DNA of 64,000 nucleotides from a virus (lineage: Duplodnaviria; Caudoviricetes), in the IMG/VR virus record IMGVR_UViG_3300006922_000005; one strand, 5' to 3'. Under the pieces are notes generated by a model. It was not told the origin of the DNA. It saw only the letters and a program-made list of their open reading frames with translations, and made no database searches. Both the position numbers and the translations under genes were made by a program. Positions 1 through 8,973 of the stretch are shown in pieces. How positions within the stretch are numbered: position 1 is the first letter of the stretch; the number at the start of each line of letters is the position of its first letter.

Positions 1-2059
1 GAATTGCATAACGTTTTTTAGTAATAAACAATCCTTTTTCACCAACAACTTCTCTACCAGCGGCAATAACTTCACCCCTGCTTTTAGGACAGTGAAATGC
101 ATTTCCCATAAACTTTGGAAAAGTTACATTTGCTTCTTCACATATTTGATCATACAGTTGAATTACACTTTCTTTATTCCAAGGAATATCTCCTTTGTCA
201 ATTTCTGCACGTAAACTAGTATAAGCACTAAAGTACACAGAGTCTGTATCACCATATATAATACTTTTACCTACATGATCATACTCGCCTGTAATAATTT
301 CATTTACTTTTGCACTCATATGTTTTGCAATAGCACGACCTGTAAGTGTAGTACTTTGCCCAATTCTATGATCAAAGAATCTACACCCTGGGTTTAGGAT
401 TGCTCCATATAAACTATTTAGGTTAATCTTTTTAACAAGTTGTCTTTTATCCCAAAAAGCAGTTTCAATTTTATTACCTGCATCTTGTGCCGCAACCTTT
501 TTAGCCTGCATTTCTTTACGTTCAGCATACCAACGTTTTAGTAGTCCGGGAATAATACCTTCAAACTCTGTTGTAAATAATGTACCATTAGCACTAACCA
601 TCCATGGTTGATTACTATCAAAAATTAGTTTGTAAACTTCTGCGGCACTTAATGTATCGCTTTCGCCACCTTCCCAATCAATAGTAATTTCAACGTCCTT
701 GCGTTGTTCCATTACATAATCATATTCAAGACTACCAAACTTTCCTTCCCAAGCACCTGCAAATGACTTCTTTTTAAAGTTCATTTGTTCGCCTATAAAT
801 TCTTCTGTATGGTTTTGTTTAAGTTGTCCTATAACTGTTGCTGGATCCATATTCAAACTTCTAATAACAGAAGGATACAGTGAATTCAAATCCATTGATG
901 CAATCCAGTCATGCAATCCTTTCTTAGGATATGCAACATATGCACCAGCCGCCTGCGATGAACCTGGCTCTCTGTGTACTCTATTAGGTACAACATAACC
1001 ACGTCTGTGTGCTTCGTTAATAATTGCTTGTTCTGTAACTGCGACAGCACCCATTGTTGTTGGTAGTAACACTGTGTTTGCATGTGCAAGTTCATTTGCT
1101 AGATCAATAAAGCGTAATTTCTTATCAAGTTTATCTAACAACAGAACGTCTTGTCTGTTATATTCAATAAATGTTTTAAAGTCATTGTTATATAATTGAT
1201 CTAATGTACCTTCATATTCAGTTTTCTTTTCACCTACTTCTAGTTCACCAATAGCATCTAGTCGATAAGTGTGTCGTTCTTCATATGTGTACTTACGATA
1301 TAGTTCAAGACTATCTAAGTGTTGACGTCCTATAAGATCATATGTTTCTTGTTCTCTACCAAACTTTTCATATACTCTTTTCTTAGGATAAGCGTTCCAT
1401 AAACAAAAACGTCTTGTATCTTCTTTACTTAAAACTCTTGTAATTCTGTTAACAGTATACGGAATATCATAACCTTCACTGTTCCAACCTGATAAAATAT
1501 CAGCGTCTTTAATTAAATCTAAAAATGTATCAAGCATTTCTGCTTCTGAGTCAAACAAATATGTATTAGGAAAGTCTTTACATTCTTCTTTTGCTTGTTC
1601 CATTGTAAGTGTTTTAGGAGGAAGTGCTAGTGTAATAAGACTATCAAGCCATTGTAAATGTACTGTAATTGCAGTAATGGCAGTAAAAGGATCTTCTGGT
1701 GAACTATAACCACGTTCAGGATCAAAGTCAACTTCAATATCAAAAAATGCAACGTTTAGATTAGGTGCATCTTGACCTAAATAGTTTTCTTCTAGTAGTC
1801 TGTATACAGGATTGATGTCTGCTTCATATAGTCCGCGATGTTTATTAATCTTTTGTTCCCTAAGAAAGTCTTTCCAACTTTTACAAACAACACGACTTAC
1901 AGGATCACCAAAAGTACTTTTCTGTTTACCTTTGCCGTCGCCATAATAAAACACATATCTTGCGGGGAACTCGCGAAACTCTCTTTCGCCTTTTTTGTTT
2001 CTCTCTACAACCTTAATAATATCTTTATCACGATCCCAGAGTGCGTCTACATAACTCAA
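1..2059 (-). CDS. gp43: Family B DNA polymerase (T4 gp43-like); runs off the left edge; absent from the supplied ORF track
   Basis: Hand translation from a TTG start at 2059 (SD AAGGAG): MSYVDALWDRDK. Motifs: ExoI FFDIEVD, ExoII GWNSEGYDIPY, ExoIII YNRQDV, PolA SMDLNSLYPS, PolB KKINLNSLYG, PolC YGDTDSVY. No stop codon before position 1. Confidence 0.97.
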   Translation of the reverse strand, partial: MSYVDALWDRDKDIIKVVERNKKGEREFREFPARYVFYYGDGKGKQKSTFGDPVSRVVCKSWKDFLREQKINKHRGLYEADINPVYRLLEENYLGQDAPNLNVAFFDIEVDFDPERGYSSPEDPFTAITAITVHLQWLDSLITLALPPKTLTMEQAKEECKDFPNTYLFDSEAEMLDTFLDLIKDADILSGWNSEGYDIPYTVNRITRVLSKEDTRRFCLWNAYPKKRVYEKFGREQETYDLIGRQHLDSLELYRKYTYEERHTYRLDAIGELEVGEKKTEYEGTLDQLYNNDFKTFIEYNRQDVLLLDKLDKKLRFIDLANELAHANTVLLPTTMGAVAVTEQAIINEAHRRGYVVPNRVHREPGSSQAAGAYVAYPKKGLHDWIASMDLNSLYPSVIRSLNMDPATVIGQLKQNHTEEFIGEQMNFKKKSFAGAWEGKFGSLEYDYVMEQRKDVEITIDWEGGESDTLSAAEVYKLIFDSNQPWMVSANGTLFTTEFEGIIPGLLKRWYAERKEMQAKKVAAQDAGNKIETAFWDKRQLVKKINLNSLYGAILNPGCRFFDHRIGQSTTLTGRAIAKHMSAKVNEIITGEYDHVGKSIIYGDTDSVYFSAYTSLRAEIDKGDIPWNKESVIQLYDQICEEANVTFPKFMGNAFHCPKSRGEVIAAGREVVGEKGLFITKKRYAI

Positions 2060-2135
2060 TGTCTTCTCCTTTATATGCCACTTTCGGTTGGCAAAAACCA
2101 GTAATGTTGCTTATGGCCAACTAACCTTCTTCAAC
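2060..2135 (-). promoter_or_regulatory. Structured 5' leader of the polymerase gene (candidate translational operator)
   Basis: Hairpin TGCCA-AC-C(GAAA)G-TGGCA (2076-2093) just upstream of the SD; an upstream GTTGGC can pair with GCCAAC as an alternative. Confidence 0.5.
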
Positions 2136-2145
2136 ACTATTTAAT

Positions 2146-2174
2146 ATTATAGTATCTTACCACTACAAAGTCAA
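2146..2174 (-). promoter_or_regulatory. sigma70-type promoter of the DNA polymerase gene; a TAAATA box follows at 2138-2143
   Basis: TTGACT-N17-TATAAT on the minus strand. Confidence 0.8.
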
Positions 2175-2185
2175 GACTTTTTTTA

Positions 2186-2356
2186 TCAAAATCCAAATAA
2201 CTTCATACCATGATTTGCTATTGCATTTAAGATAATAGCAATGCAAGTAAAAATGTGTAGCAACACCCACCCAGTGCGTATAATTGCCACTCTGTCAGCC
2301 TTATTGTTATCTTCATATGCCTTTGTTCCTATTGCCTTGCACCAAATATCCCACAA
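2186..2356 (-). CDS. Small membrane protein, 56 aa (not in ORF track)
   Basis: TTG start, SD-like AAAGGTGA; MWDIWCKAIGTKAYEDNNKADRVAIIRTGWVLLHIFTCIAIILNAIANHGMKLFGF; fills the gap between genes. Confidence 0.7.
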   Translation of the reverse strand: MWDIWCKAIGTKAYEDNNKADRVAIIRTGWVLLHIFTCIAIILNAIANHGMKLFGF

Positions 2357-2373
2357 ATTTAATCACCTTTCAT

Positions 2374-2655
2374 TTACCACCACATGGCGGCAACTCCATA
2401 TCCAAATACGTTAATAACAGCAAAATATCCTGTTAGTAACATGACCCATGCCGCACCTCTGCGTACTGCGGCGTAGCATTGTGTAACCGATCCTACAAAA
2501 AAGAACGGATATATAATTAGCATATTTGGATCTTTAGCATTAAATGCCAAAGTCAAACTTGCCATAACTGTAAAAACAAAACTTATTAGTTCAAAACCAA
2601 AAGCAACCTGATCACTTTTGTAACTATTGATCCAAAAATCTTTTACCTTTTGCAT
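2374..2655 (-). CDS. Hypothetical multi-pass membrane protein
   Basis: 93 aa with three hydrophobic segments; 1-nt overlap with the upstream gene. Confidence 0.75.
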   Translation of the reverse strand: MQKVKDFWINSYKSDQVAFGFELISFVFTVMASLTLAFNAKDPNMLIIYPFFFVGSVTQCYAAVRRGAAWVMLLTGYFAVINVFGYGVAAMWW

Positions 2656-2918
2656 TAGAGTTTGTCGCGACCAGTAGTAACCATAATAGTTTCTAGGTCT
2701 TCAAACTCATCAACGGCTTTATGCCATTCACCTTTTTGTGCAATTTTAATTGCTTTGTTAATTAAACTTGGCTTAACATCCATTTCTTCTGCTACTGCTT
2801 TTACAGTATCTCTTAAACCTTCTTGTAGGTCTGTAACTTCTTGCAAAACATTTACGCCTTCGTTAACGATCTGAATTAGTTTTGCTTTTTCGTCAGCACC
2901 AAATACTTTGTCACTCAT
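2655..2918 (-). CDS. Small helical dsDNA-binding protein, T4 DsbA/GapR-like
   Basis: 87 aa; pattern LQEVTDLQEGLRDTVKAVAEEMDVKPSLINKAIK resembles the DsbA/GapR helical fold. Confidence 0.55.
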   Translation of the reverse strand: MSDKVFGADEKAKLIQIVNEGVNVLQEVTDLQEGLRDTVKAVAEEMDVKPSLINKAIKIAQKGEWHKAVDEFEDLETIMVTTGRDKL

Positions 2919-2945
2919 GTGAGACTCCTTTTAGTAATTTGTTAT

Positions 2946-2974
2946 ATTATATATAGATTTATGCTAGTTGTCAA
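2946..2974 (-). promoter_or_regulatory. sigma70 consensus promoter
   Basis: TTGACA-N17-TATAAT. Confidence 0.85.
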
Positions 2975-3518
2975 GTAGTTTAAACGGAATTGGCACCGTT
3001 TTGTCTAAACATTTAAACCAAACGTTATTTGGACCTATATGATGGTCGTCTGGTAACAGTTCGTTAACTGCTTTGTTTACACCTGGAAAATCCATATCAT
3101 GCCCACATAACCAACCGTTTGGTTTTAATTTAGGTGTGTAGTATTCAATATCACCTTTTACACTATCATAATCGTGACTAGCATCAATGAATACGAAGTC
3201 TAAACTGCCGTTTTCTATTTGTTCATGTACTGTATGACTATGTCCTTGTATTGCTTTTAGCCTAGGACCATACTTTATTATCATGTTATCTTTATAGAAT
3301 AACTTTATGTCATAGTCAATAGCATACATCTTTAATTTTGGAAATGCTTCTAGTAAATGAAATGTTGTTCTACCGTTTCTTACGCCGACTTCGCAACCCA
3401 CTGTTGGTTGTATTTTTTTAAATAAGTCTGCTAAAAAGTAATCTCTTTTGTTAGGTCCAGTGTATTCGATTGTTCTTTTAATTTTAATTTTATCATTAGC
3501 CAATGTTTTCTGCCTCAT
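2964..3518 (-). CDS. Class I SAM-dependent methyltransferase (Methyltransf_24-like)
   Basis: Motifs VGCEVGVRNG, DFVFIDASHDY and LKPNGWLCGHD. Confidence 0.85.
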   Translation of the reverse strand: MRQKTLANDKIKIKRTIEYTGPNKRDYFLADLFKKIQPTVGCEVGVRNGRTTFHLLEAFPKLKMYAIDYDIKLFYKDNMIIKYGPRLKAIQGHSHTVHEQIENGSLDFVFIDASHDYDSVKGDIEYYTPKLKPNGWLCGHDMDFPGVNKAVNELLPDDHHIGPNNVWFKCLDKTVPIPFKLLDN

Positions 3519-4149
3519 CTTTTGATTTATATGCCCATTCGTCAGTGTGTCCGACTGACCATTTAGGATTGTTTTCTACTGTATAATTTTGTGTACAAAC
3601 TTTAAAGTCTGGCATCTTTCGATCTCCAACTACTAAACTTTGGTCTGTAAAAATAACTCTATTATTAGGTTGTGCGGCAAACTGTCCGTTATCTAATTTA
3701 ATAAAGTTAAAACTTTTGTGTTCTGGATCGTGTTCACTAAAATTTACATTTAGTGTTGAGTGTTGTGTATGACAAGTATCAAGTGTAAACATATATTCGC
3801 CTTTGTGCATCTTTTTATCTTTACCAAAGAATTCACAGTCTGCTAACATAGGCTTTTTAATTAATGTAATATCATAATCAAAACAATCCCATATTTGTAG
3901 TGTGTCTAAAGGTAATTGGTCACTGTGTAAGTAATCATCTTTCCATACAAATGCACTAATAGGTAATTTATCGTACAATGCACCGTATTCTGTAAGTAAT
4001 GTTTCTACGTATAATGCTTTGCCCATTATACTTCTAATACTAATCCAAATACCAGGAGTAACTTCTCCATGCCCTTTTTGGTGGTCATACAGATATTCTT
4101 TTTTCACATAAACTTCAACAGGAGGTAAGTTATGTACTAAGAATGCCAT
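3496..4149 (-). CDS. Conserved-looking hypothetical phage protein
   Basis: 217-aa ORF in an operon context; no catalytic motif recognised. Confidence 0.75.
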   Translation of the reverse strand: MAFLVHNLPPVEVYVKKEYLYDHQKGHGEVTPGIWISIRSIMGKALYVETLLTEYGALYDKLPISAFVWKDDYLHSDQLPLDTLQIWDCFDYDITLIKKPMLADCEFFGKDKKMHKGEYMFTLDTCHTQHSTLNVNFSEHDPEHKSFNFIKLDNGQFAAQPNNRVIFTDQSLVVGDRKMPDFKVCTQNYTVENNPKWSVGHTDEWAYKSKDEAENIG

Positions 4150-4152
4150 ACT

Positions 4153-4308
4153 TTATTTCTTTTGTTTCTTTTGTTTCTTTTTTACATGCAGTTTTGCATG
4201 TGGTACTTTTAAATTTTTCTTGCCATACACATCGCCTATTTTATGCTTGTATGACATATGTGCCGGATCTAATCCGTAGAAGTAATCTGTTACTTCACAT
4301 ATTTTCAT
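4153..4308 (-). CDS. 51-aa basic protein with an M-K-I-C-E-V leader (not in ORF track)
   Basis: MKICEVTDYFYGLDPAHMSYKHKIGDVYGKKNLKVPHAKLHVKKKQKKQKK; TAATG overlap with the upstream stop. Confidence 0.75.
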   Translation of the reverse strand: MKICEVTDYFYGLDPAHMSYKHKIGDVYGKKNLKVPHAKLHVKKKQKKQKK

Positions 4309-4898
4309 TACTCAAACTCTTTCAAAAAACTTGCAAACCCTTTTGTTAGAGATTGTTCTGTTGTAATTTTTCCTGATTTATGATCTTTTTCTAATTCTTG
4401 TCTACGTCTTATTAGTTCTTTTTTAAGTTTAGGATCTTTAGATGTGTTTGGATCCATTTGAATATCTTGTAATGCTTTTCTTTTTGCTCGATATTCTTCG
4501 TTACTCATTTGTTTTAAACCTTCAAGGCTTTCAAACACTTTTGCTAGTGTATTTTCAATTTTTGAAAGTCTACTGTCTACTTCATGCCACTTATCGTTAT
4601 ATGTTTGTTGTGTAGGTACAGTTGATTCTACTATGCGTTGTGGTTGTGGTGCTTGTGGAGTTACACTACTTAACCCTGCTAGTGCGGCCATATCACTTGC
4701 TCTAGTATCGCTTACACCAGGAATATGTTTTCCTTTAATACTTTCTGCAACCATACGTGCATGGGAGTTAGCATCTGTGCTTTGATTATTATTTTGTTCT
4801 TGTAACGCTTGACCGTGTTGTGGAGCGTCTACAGTAAGTCCTTTATTTTCAATTCCTAACTCAGTAAACTTATTTAAAATGCTTTGTAAATCTGCCAT
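4308..4898 (-). CDS. Putative capsid-internal/scaffold-like protein
   Basis: 196 aa, helical and low-complexity; TAAATA 3 nt before the ATG; lies in the leader-bearing cluster. Confidence 0.6.
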   Translation of the reverse strand: MADLQSILNKFTELGIENKGLTVDAPQHGQALQEQNNNQSTDANSHARMVAESIKGKHIPGVSDTRASDMAALAGLSSVTPQAPQPQRIVESTVPTQQTYNDKWHEVDSRLSKIENTLAKVFESLEGLKQMSNEEYRAKRKALQDIQMDPNTSKDPKLKKELIRRRQELEKDHKSGKITTEQSLTKGFASFLKEFE

Positions 4899-4904
4899 AA
4901 TTAT

Positions 4905-5060
4905 TTAAGAGACACTTTTGGATTTAGTGTTTCCTCCTCCTTGTCTTTTTTTACGTCCTGCACAATGAGCCTTTTGTGAGAAACCTTTGGGGTTCGAACA
5001 GTCAATTGACTTTTTATGTTTCTTGCTCCAGGCTTCACTAATAATCTCATAGTACCTCAT
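4905..5060 (-). CDS. 51-aa basic two-Cys microprotein with MRYYEIISE/A leader (not in ORF track)
   Basis: MRYYEIISEAWSKKHKKSIDCSNPKGFSQKAHCAGRKKRQGGGNTKSKSVS; ATGA overlap with 5057..5455. Confidence 0.8.
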   Translation of the reverse strand: MRYYEIISEAWSKKHKKSIDCSNPKGFSQKAHCAGRKKRQGGGNTKSKSVS

Positions 5061-5455
5061 TTCTTTTTAGTGGCAACGTTTTTTGCTTTACCACGTCTAT
5101 TTTTGTTTGGATCTTGTCTACGTTTTCTACTAGCCGCAGACTTCCTTCCTTTTTTACCTAATGATTGTGCTTTACTACGAGGTAAACATTTTGGCTTACC
5201 TTCACTGTTTGAGCCTCTTGCACAGTCACCACGAATTTTTCCATCAGGGCCAAAACGTACCCATTTATCTTTAAACCACTTTTTTAAGTTTTCGTCTATG
5301 GATTCAGAAAATACTAAATCACCACAATTTACACAGAAGTCAACATCTTCATTTTTAACACAATTAGGTACACGTTTTCCGAACATAGTTTTCATGCCCT
5401 TCTTTTTGTAGCCTTTCCAGCATCGTGTTCCTTCAGTGACTTCTATAATACGCAT
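5057..5455 (-). CDS. Basic Cys-containing two-module protein with MRIIEVTE/G leader
   Basis: Modules RCWKGYKKKG..PNCVKNE and LKKWFKDKWV..DC..KPKCLP..RKRR, separated by an acidic SESIDE/N spacer. Confidence 0.75.
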   Translation of the reverse strand: MRIIEVTEGTRCWKGYKKKGMKTMFGKRVPNCVKNEDVDFCVNCGDLVFSESIDENLKKWFKDKWVRFGPDGKIRGDCARGSNSEGKPKCLPRSKAQSLGKKGRKSAASRKRRQDPNKNRRGKAKNVATKKK

Positions 5456-5862
5456 TAATCTTTATCCCAACTCTTACTTACTTTATCTGTATGTATTGGT
5501 CCACCACCGGCCCATGTTCTACAAGTTCTAGCACTGTGACATTTAAATTTGTGCATCCAGCAATAACCTAAATATCCATCTTCATCTTCTAGTTCACCTG
5601 GCATACATTCAAGCATACCTGGACTAATATCAAAAGCGGCACAACTATTACATAAAGTTTTTTCTGCGGCGTCTACACTTGTTTTCCAAAACTTTGCAAT
5701 CTTTTCATAATAGTCACCTGGATGTTTTACATTCAATGGACCATACTGAATATGTTCTGCTTGTATAGCGGCATTACGATTCTTAGTATTAAGTTCTAAA
5801 TCTTGTGTTGCTAGTGGGCAACCTTTTTCACCTGCTTCTACGATTGCAATTAAGTTTCTCAT
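5455..5862 (-). CDS. Cys/His-rich probable Zn-binding protein with MRNLIAIVE/A leader
   Basis: CxxC (CNSC), C, YCWMHKFKCHSARTC. Confidence 0.7.
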   Translation of the reverse strand: MRNLIAIVEAGEKGCPLATQDLELNTKNRNAAIQAEHIQYGPLNVKHPGDYYEKIAKFWKTSVDAAEKTLCNSCAAFDISPGMLECMPGELEDEDGYLGYCWMHKFKCHSARTCRTWAGGGPIHTDKVSKSWDKD

Positions 5863-6461
5863 GATTTACTATTTCCCCAGTTCTTAGCACCTTTTTTACG
5901 ACACTGTACTAGAGCACCACTTGCATATGCACTTGGCCATACTTTGTAACGTGCTTTAACTTTATGATAACAAGCATCTTTTTCACCAGCGGCTTCGTCA
6001 AATTGTGCTTCTGTCATAGTCTGTGCTGATTCAACAAATACTTCTACCATGTCATCGCCATTACGCAATGCACCTTTTTTAACTTTTACGTTTTCTTTGC
6101 CGTATTTTTTTGTTGCTTCTTCTGGAGACATTGAAGTTTGTTTCCAACGCTTCTCTGCTTCCTTTACTACTGATAATTTTTCTTCTAGTGATTCAAAATA
6201 ATCATCTTTTTGATCTTTCATACTCATCATACGTTCACGTTCTTTGGCTTGCATACGCTCGCCTTCCATGTAAGCATGAAGTGTTTTTACTTTTTCGTGT
6301 ACACCACTGAATTTGTTTTGAAACCACTCAGGGAATGTTCCACCCTTGTGTACATGGTCATGAATTTCTTCTACTGCGTATTTGATGTATGCAACCTGAT
6401 TGGCAAGCATTTCATCTTCGTACTTTGATGCTGGCTCATCGTACTTGTCTTCATTAATCAT
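5859..6461 (-). CDS. Modular acidic/basic protein, putative capsid-internal
   Basis: Ends in the basic module DACYHKVKARYKVWPSAYASGALVQCRKKGAKNWG after MTE/AQFDE/A; SD AGGAG and TAAATA upstream. Confidence 0.7.
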   Translation of the reverse strand: MINEDKYDEPASKYEDEMLANQVAYIKYAVEEIHDHVHKGGTFPEWFQNKFSGVHEKVKTLHAYMEGERMQAKERERMMSMKDQKDDYFESLEEKLSVVKEAEKRWKQTSMSPEEATKKYGKENVKVKKGALRNGDDMVEVFVESAQTMTEAQFDEAAGEKDACYHKVKARYKVWPSAYASGALVQCRKKGAKNWGNSKS

Positions 6462-6499
6462 CGATTGCTCCTATAATGTGTTTTGTATTATACGAGTAT

Positions 6500-7069
6500 T
6501 TATCGTTTTAGTGGTCCGCCGAAGATAGATGTGTCTTTCATATTAAGAGCATTATCTGTTGGCTTTTGCTTTTTTGCTTTAGGAGGATTAGGTAAACCGC
6601 CTACTAAACCGTATTTTTTACGTGTTTTTGCGTCACCTATTGCTAAATGCGGACTTGCAACTGAGGCAATGTTACCTGCACTAGTTGCTCCTGCTGTTGC
6701 TGTTTCTTCAACTTGTTCTAATCCTTTAAATATATCGCTAGATTCTTGACTAAGTTTGGCCGCAATAGCCATTTGTCTACGTTTTGCTTTGCTTTTACCT
6801 TTAAATTGCGGAGCATCGCTTTTGTAGAAATCTTTAATAACATCACCCATTTCAGTATCTTTAGTAATCTTTTCAGATACAAAACTTTCAAACTGTTGTT
6901 CCATAGGTGTTTTTTTGTATTTTTCTTTACGTGGGATAGTCTTAGTTTTATCTTTATGAGAGCCAGATGCGCCACTTTTACGTAGTGCTTCCATATCACG
7001 CCAATTAGGATCACGTGATTTACTTGGTTCTAATTTTTTTACTGCTTCTACTAAGTCTTTTAAACGCAT
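6500..7069 (-). CDS. Modular protein with MRLKDLVE/A leader
   Basis: Lys-rich modules separated by FESFVSE/K and VEE/T; TAAATA-N5-ATG. Confidence 0.7.
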   Translation of the reverse strand: MRLKDLVEAVKKLEPSKSRDPNWRDMEALRKSGASGSHKDKTKTIPRKEKYKKTPMEQQFESFVSEKITKDTEMGDVIKDFYKSDAPQFKGKSKAKRRQMAIAAKLSQESSDIFKGLEQVEETATAGATSAGNIASVASPHLAIGDAKTRKKYGLVGGLPNPPKAKKQKPTDNALNMKDTSIFGGPLKR

Positions 7070-7074
7070 ATTGA

Positions 7075-7080
7075 TATTTA
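7075..7080 (-). promoter_or_regulatory. Late promoter box TAAATA (representative). Others on the minus strand: 4902, 6497, 11587, 14137, 19428, 22159, 25920, 29820, 32060, 35077, 42000, 43656, 49389, 49736, 53692, 56262, 61332, 61787; plus strand: 22222, 42038, 58148
   Basis: Matches the core of the T4 gp55 late promoter TATAAATA and recurs in front of structural, lysis and cargo genes. Confidence 0.75.
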
Positions 7081-7269
7081 CCTATCTTTAAGAATATTTT
7101 TCATAACATTAGTTGCTGTATTAGTAAAGCATCTTGGAGCAATACTATGTACTAGTAGTGCAGGTACTAGCAGTTGTAATTTTACTGCTGTTTTAATTGC
7201 CTTCCTCATATGCTGTAATCCTGTTTCACCTTGTTCTTCTAAGTGTAGTTTACATTGTTTACTTAACAT
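7078..7269 (-). CDS. Small hypothetical protein
   Basis: 63 aa; HLEEQGETGLQHM...LLVHSIAP; tight operon spacing. Confidence 0.7.
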   Translation of the reverse strand: MLSKQCKLHLEEQGETGLQHMRKAIKTAVKLQLLVPALLVHSIAPRCFTNTATNVMKNILKDR

Positions 7270-8057
7270 TACGCCGCCTCTCTTTCTTTTTCTTTACTAG
7301 CAATCCACTTCATCATATTTGTAGCAGGGTTTGCCAAGTACCATCCAACGTCACTATATGTTTTAAATTTACTTGCTAATAGATCTGCTGATATAGATGA
7401 AAAGGACCTTCTATTTTGTACAGTTATTAATTCTTTAACTTTTTTACCACCAAACGTACTTAAAAAAGATTGTAAGTTTAGCATATAATAGAAAGGTGTA
7501 TCTAATATAACTTCACCTTTGTGTTGACTATAACTAGGAATACCTTTTTGATAGCCACTTAATATTTTTTGCATTTCCTCATCTGGTAAATCTTCGCGAC
7601 CTTGCCCACGGACTAATGTTCCGCCTTGGTCATCATATGCTCCTTTTTGAAATTTTGGATCATATCCTTTGAAGCCACCCAAGTCGTCTATGTCTGGGTT
7701 CCAATAAGCAGTAAAGTCACCACCTGGAATTATTATATGATTTGTACCAAAATAGTCACTAGTACTACTAGGTGCTACTGTAGTTGTTTGTGCAGGACTA
7801 ACAATGTTTAAATCGTTAAGCACTGCTACCTGTATAGGATTGTGATTTCCCATTACGCTTTTTCTTGCAGGGTTATCTACCTTTTGTATTAGATTTTGTT
7901 TAGCACCGCCGTGGTATGTGCCTGTGTGCATTGCCCTATAAAGAATAGGTTGGTTTCCCATTTTACTACAAAGTTCAGCGGCAACTTTTAAACGCTCTAT
8001 AGCATGTTCTGTATTATTAGTTGGTGTAACAACTTCTGTTACTTCGCATATCCTCAT
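7269..8057 (-). CDS. Possible ADP-ribosyltransferase-fold protein with MRICEVTE/V leader
   Basis: Ordered motifs ILYRAM ... SSTSDYFG ... KGEVIL fit the R-S-E ART signature; function inferred only. Confidence 0.45.
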   Translation of the reverse strand: MRICEVTEVVTPTNNTEHAIERLKVAAELCSKMGNQPILYRAMHTGTYHGGAKQNLIQKVDNPARKSVMGNHNPIQVAVLNDLNIVSPAQTTTVAPSSTSDYFGTNHIIIPGGDFTAYWNPDIDDLGGFKGYDPKFQKGAYDDQGGTLVRGQGREDLPDEEMQKILSGYQKGIPSYSQHKGEVILDTPFYYMLNLQSFLSTFGGKKVKELITVQNRRSFSSISADLLASKFKTYSDVGWYLANPATNMMKWIASKEKEREAA

Positions 8058-8761
8058 TTCTTTTTGCCACTCTTCATATTAGCACACCAGTGATACATCT
8101 TTGCTTTTTCACCACTTGCTTTTTTAGCCTTTGCTCTTAAACTTGTAACTGATCCGTTACAACTAGCACCCGACTTCTTTACTCTGCCTGGGCGACTCTT
8201 GCCCTTTTTTTTACCGTCTGCGAAGTTTTCTTTTACTTTATTATTATCTAAGTGTAATAGTATTGTTTTAAAACTTCTTTCAAACTTATGATCTTTGTGT
8301 TTGACTCCAATGCCTCCCGCGGCATTCCATTTGTCAATATTTTGTCCAAAGTCATCTATCAGTATGTTGGGAGTACCATCACTTTGCTGTGCGTACTTGG
8401 CTTTGTTTCCTGTGATGATTACTGATTTAGGTGGAAACTGTTTAAGATTGTTTTTCACCCACATACGTTTATGTGGTTCTGATCTAGGATCGTCAGCCAA
8501 AGGCGAACTTAAAATAGTATAACTGCCTTTATGTTTTTGAATCAAAGCCAAAAGTTTTCCTGCGTTAGGAGTAGGTTCGAGATCTAACCAAAAGTTGTCT
8601 GCATCTCTAATTGCTTGAAGACCTGCATCGATATCTTTAATATCACGAAAGTCTTTTGCACCCATAAGTTTTGCCCAAGCACCAAAGAAGTCAACAAGGA
8701 CACCGTCCATGTCTACGTAGATTTCAGGTTTTGAATTATTACTGATTTCAAATAATCTCAT
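8054..8761 (-). CDS. HAD-family 5'(3')-nucleotidase-like domain with a C-terminal basic module; MRLFEIS leader
   Basis: IYVDMDGVLVDF (DxD), ILIDD; then VKE/NFADGKKKG...MYHWCANMKSGKKK. Confidence 0.8.
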   Translation of the reverse strand: MRLFEISNNSKPEIYVDMDGVLVDFFGAWAKLMGAKDFRDIKDIDAGLQAIRDADNFWLDLEPTPNAGKLLALIQKHKGSYTILSSPLADDPRSEPHKRMWVKNNLKQFPPKSVIITGNKAKYAQQSDGTPNILIDDFGQNIDKWNAAGGIGVKHKDHKFERSFKTILLHLDNNKVKENFADGKKKGKSRPGRVKKSGASCNGSVTSLRAKAKKASGEKAKMYHWCANMKSGKKK

Positions 8762-8973
8762 TTACGTCCTCTAAATCCTTTAAATCCTGCGCCAGTCATA
8801 TAAGGTCTTGAAAACCATAATTCAAACCATTCTTTGTCACCAGGTTTGACACCTAACTTACGTTCTTTATCTTTTAGTTCTTGTGCAGTATGTGACATGT
8901 TTTCTAATGTTTGATGATTATCATTTCTAACAATATCTACACCTGCTAATTTTTTTAACTCATCTAATGTCAT
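8758..8973 (-). CDS. Small hypothetical protein (MTLDELKKLAG leader)
   Basis: 71 aa; ATGA overlap with the downstream gene and a 4-nt overlap (ATAT-type junction) with the upstream gene. Confidence 0.7.
   Translation of the reverse strand: MTLDELKKLAGVDIVRNDNHQTLENMSHTAQELKDKERKLGVKPGDKEWFELWFSRPYMTGAGFKGFRGRK

Noticed and set aside
1-2059. Intein or intron in the DNA polymerase
   Set aside because: The exonuclease and polymerase motifs are contiguous with normal spacing in the visible part.
886-2104. ORF-track entries 886..1095 and 1838..2104
   Set aside because: They are alternative-frame or antisense ORFs inside the DNA polymerase gene.
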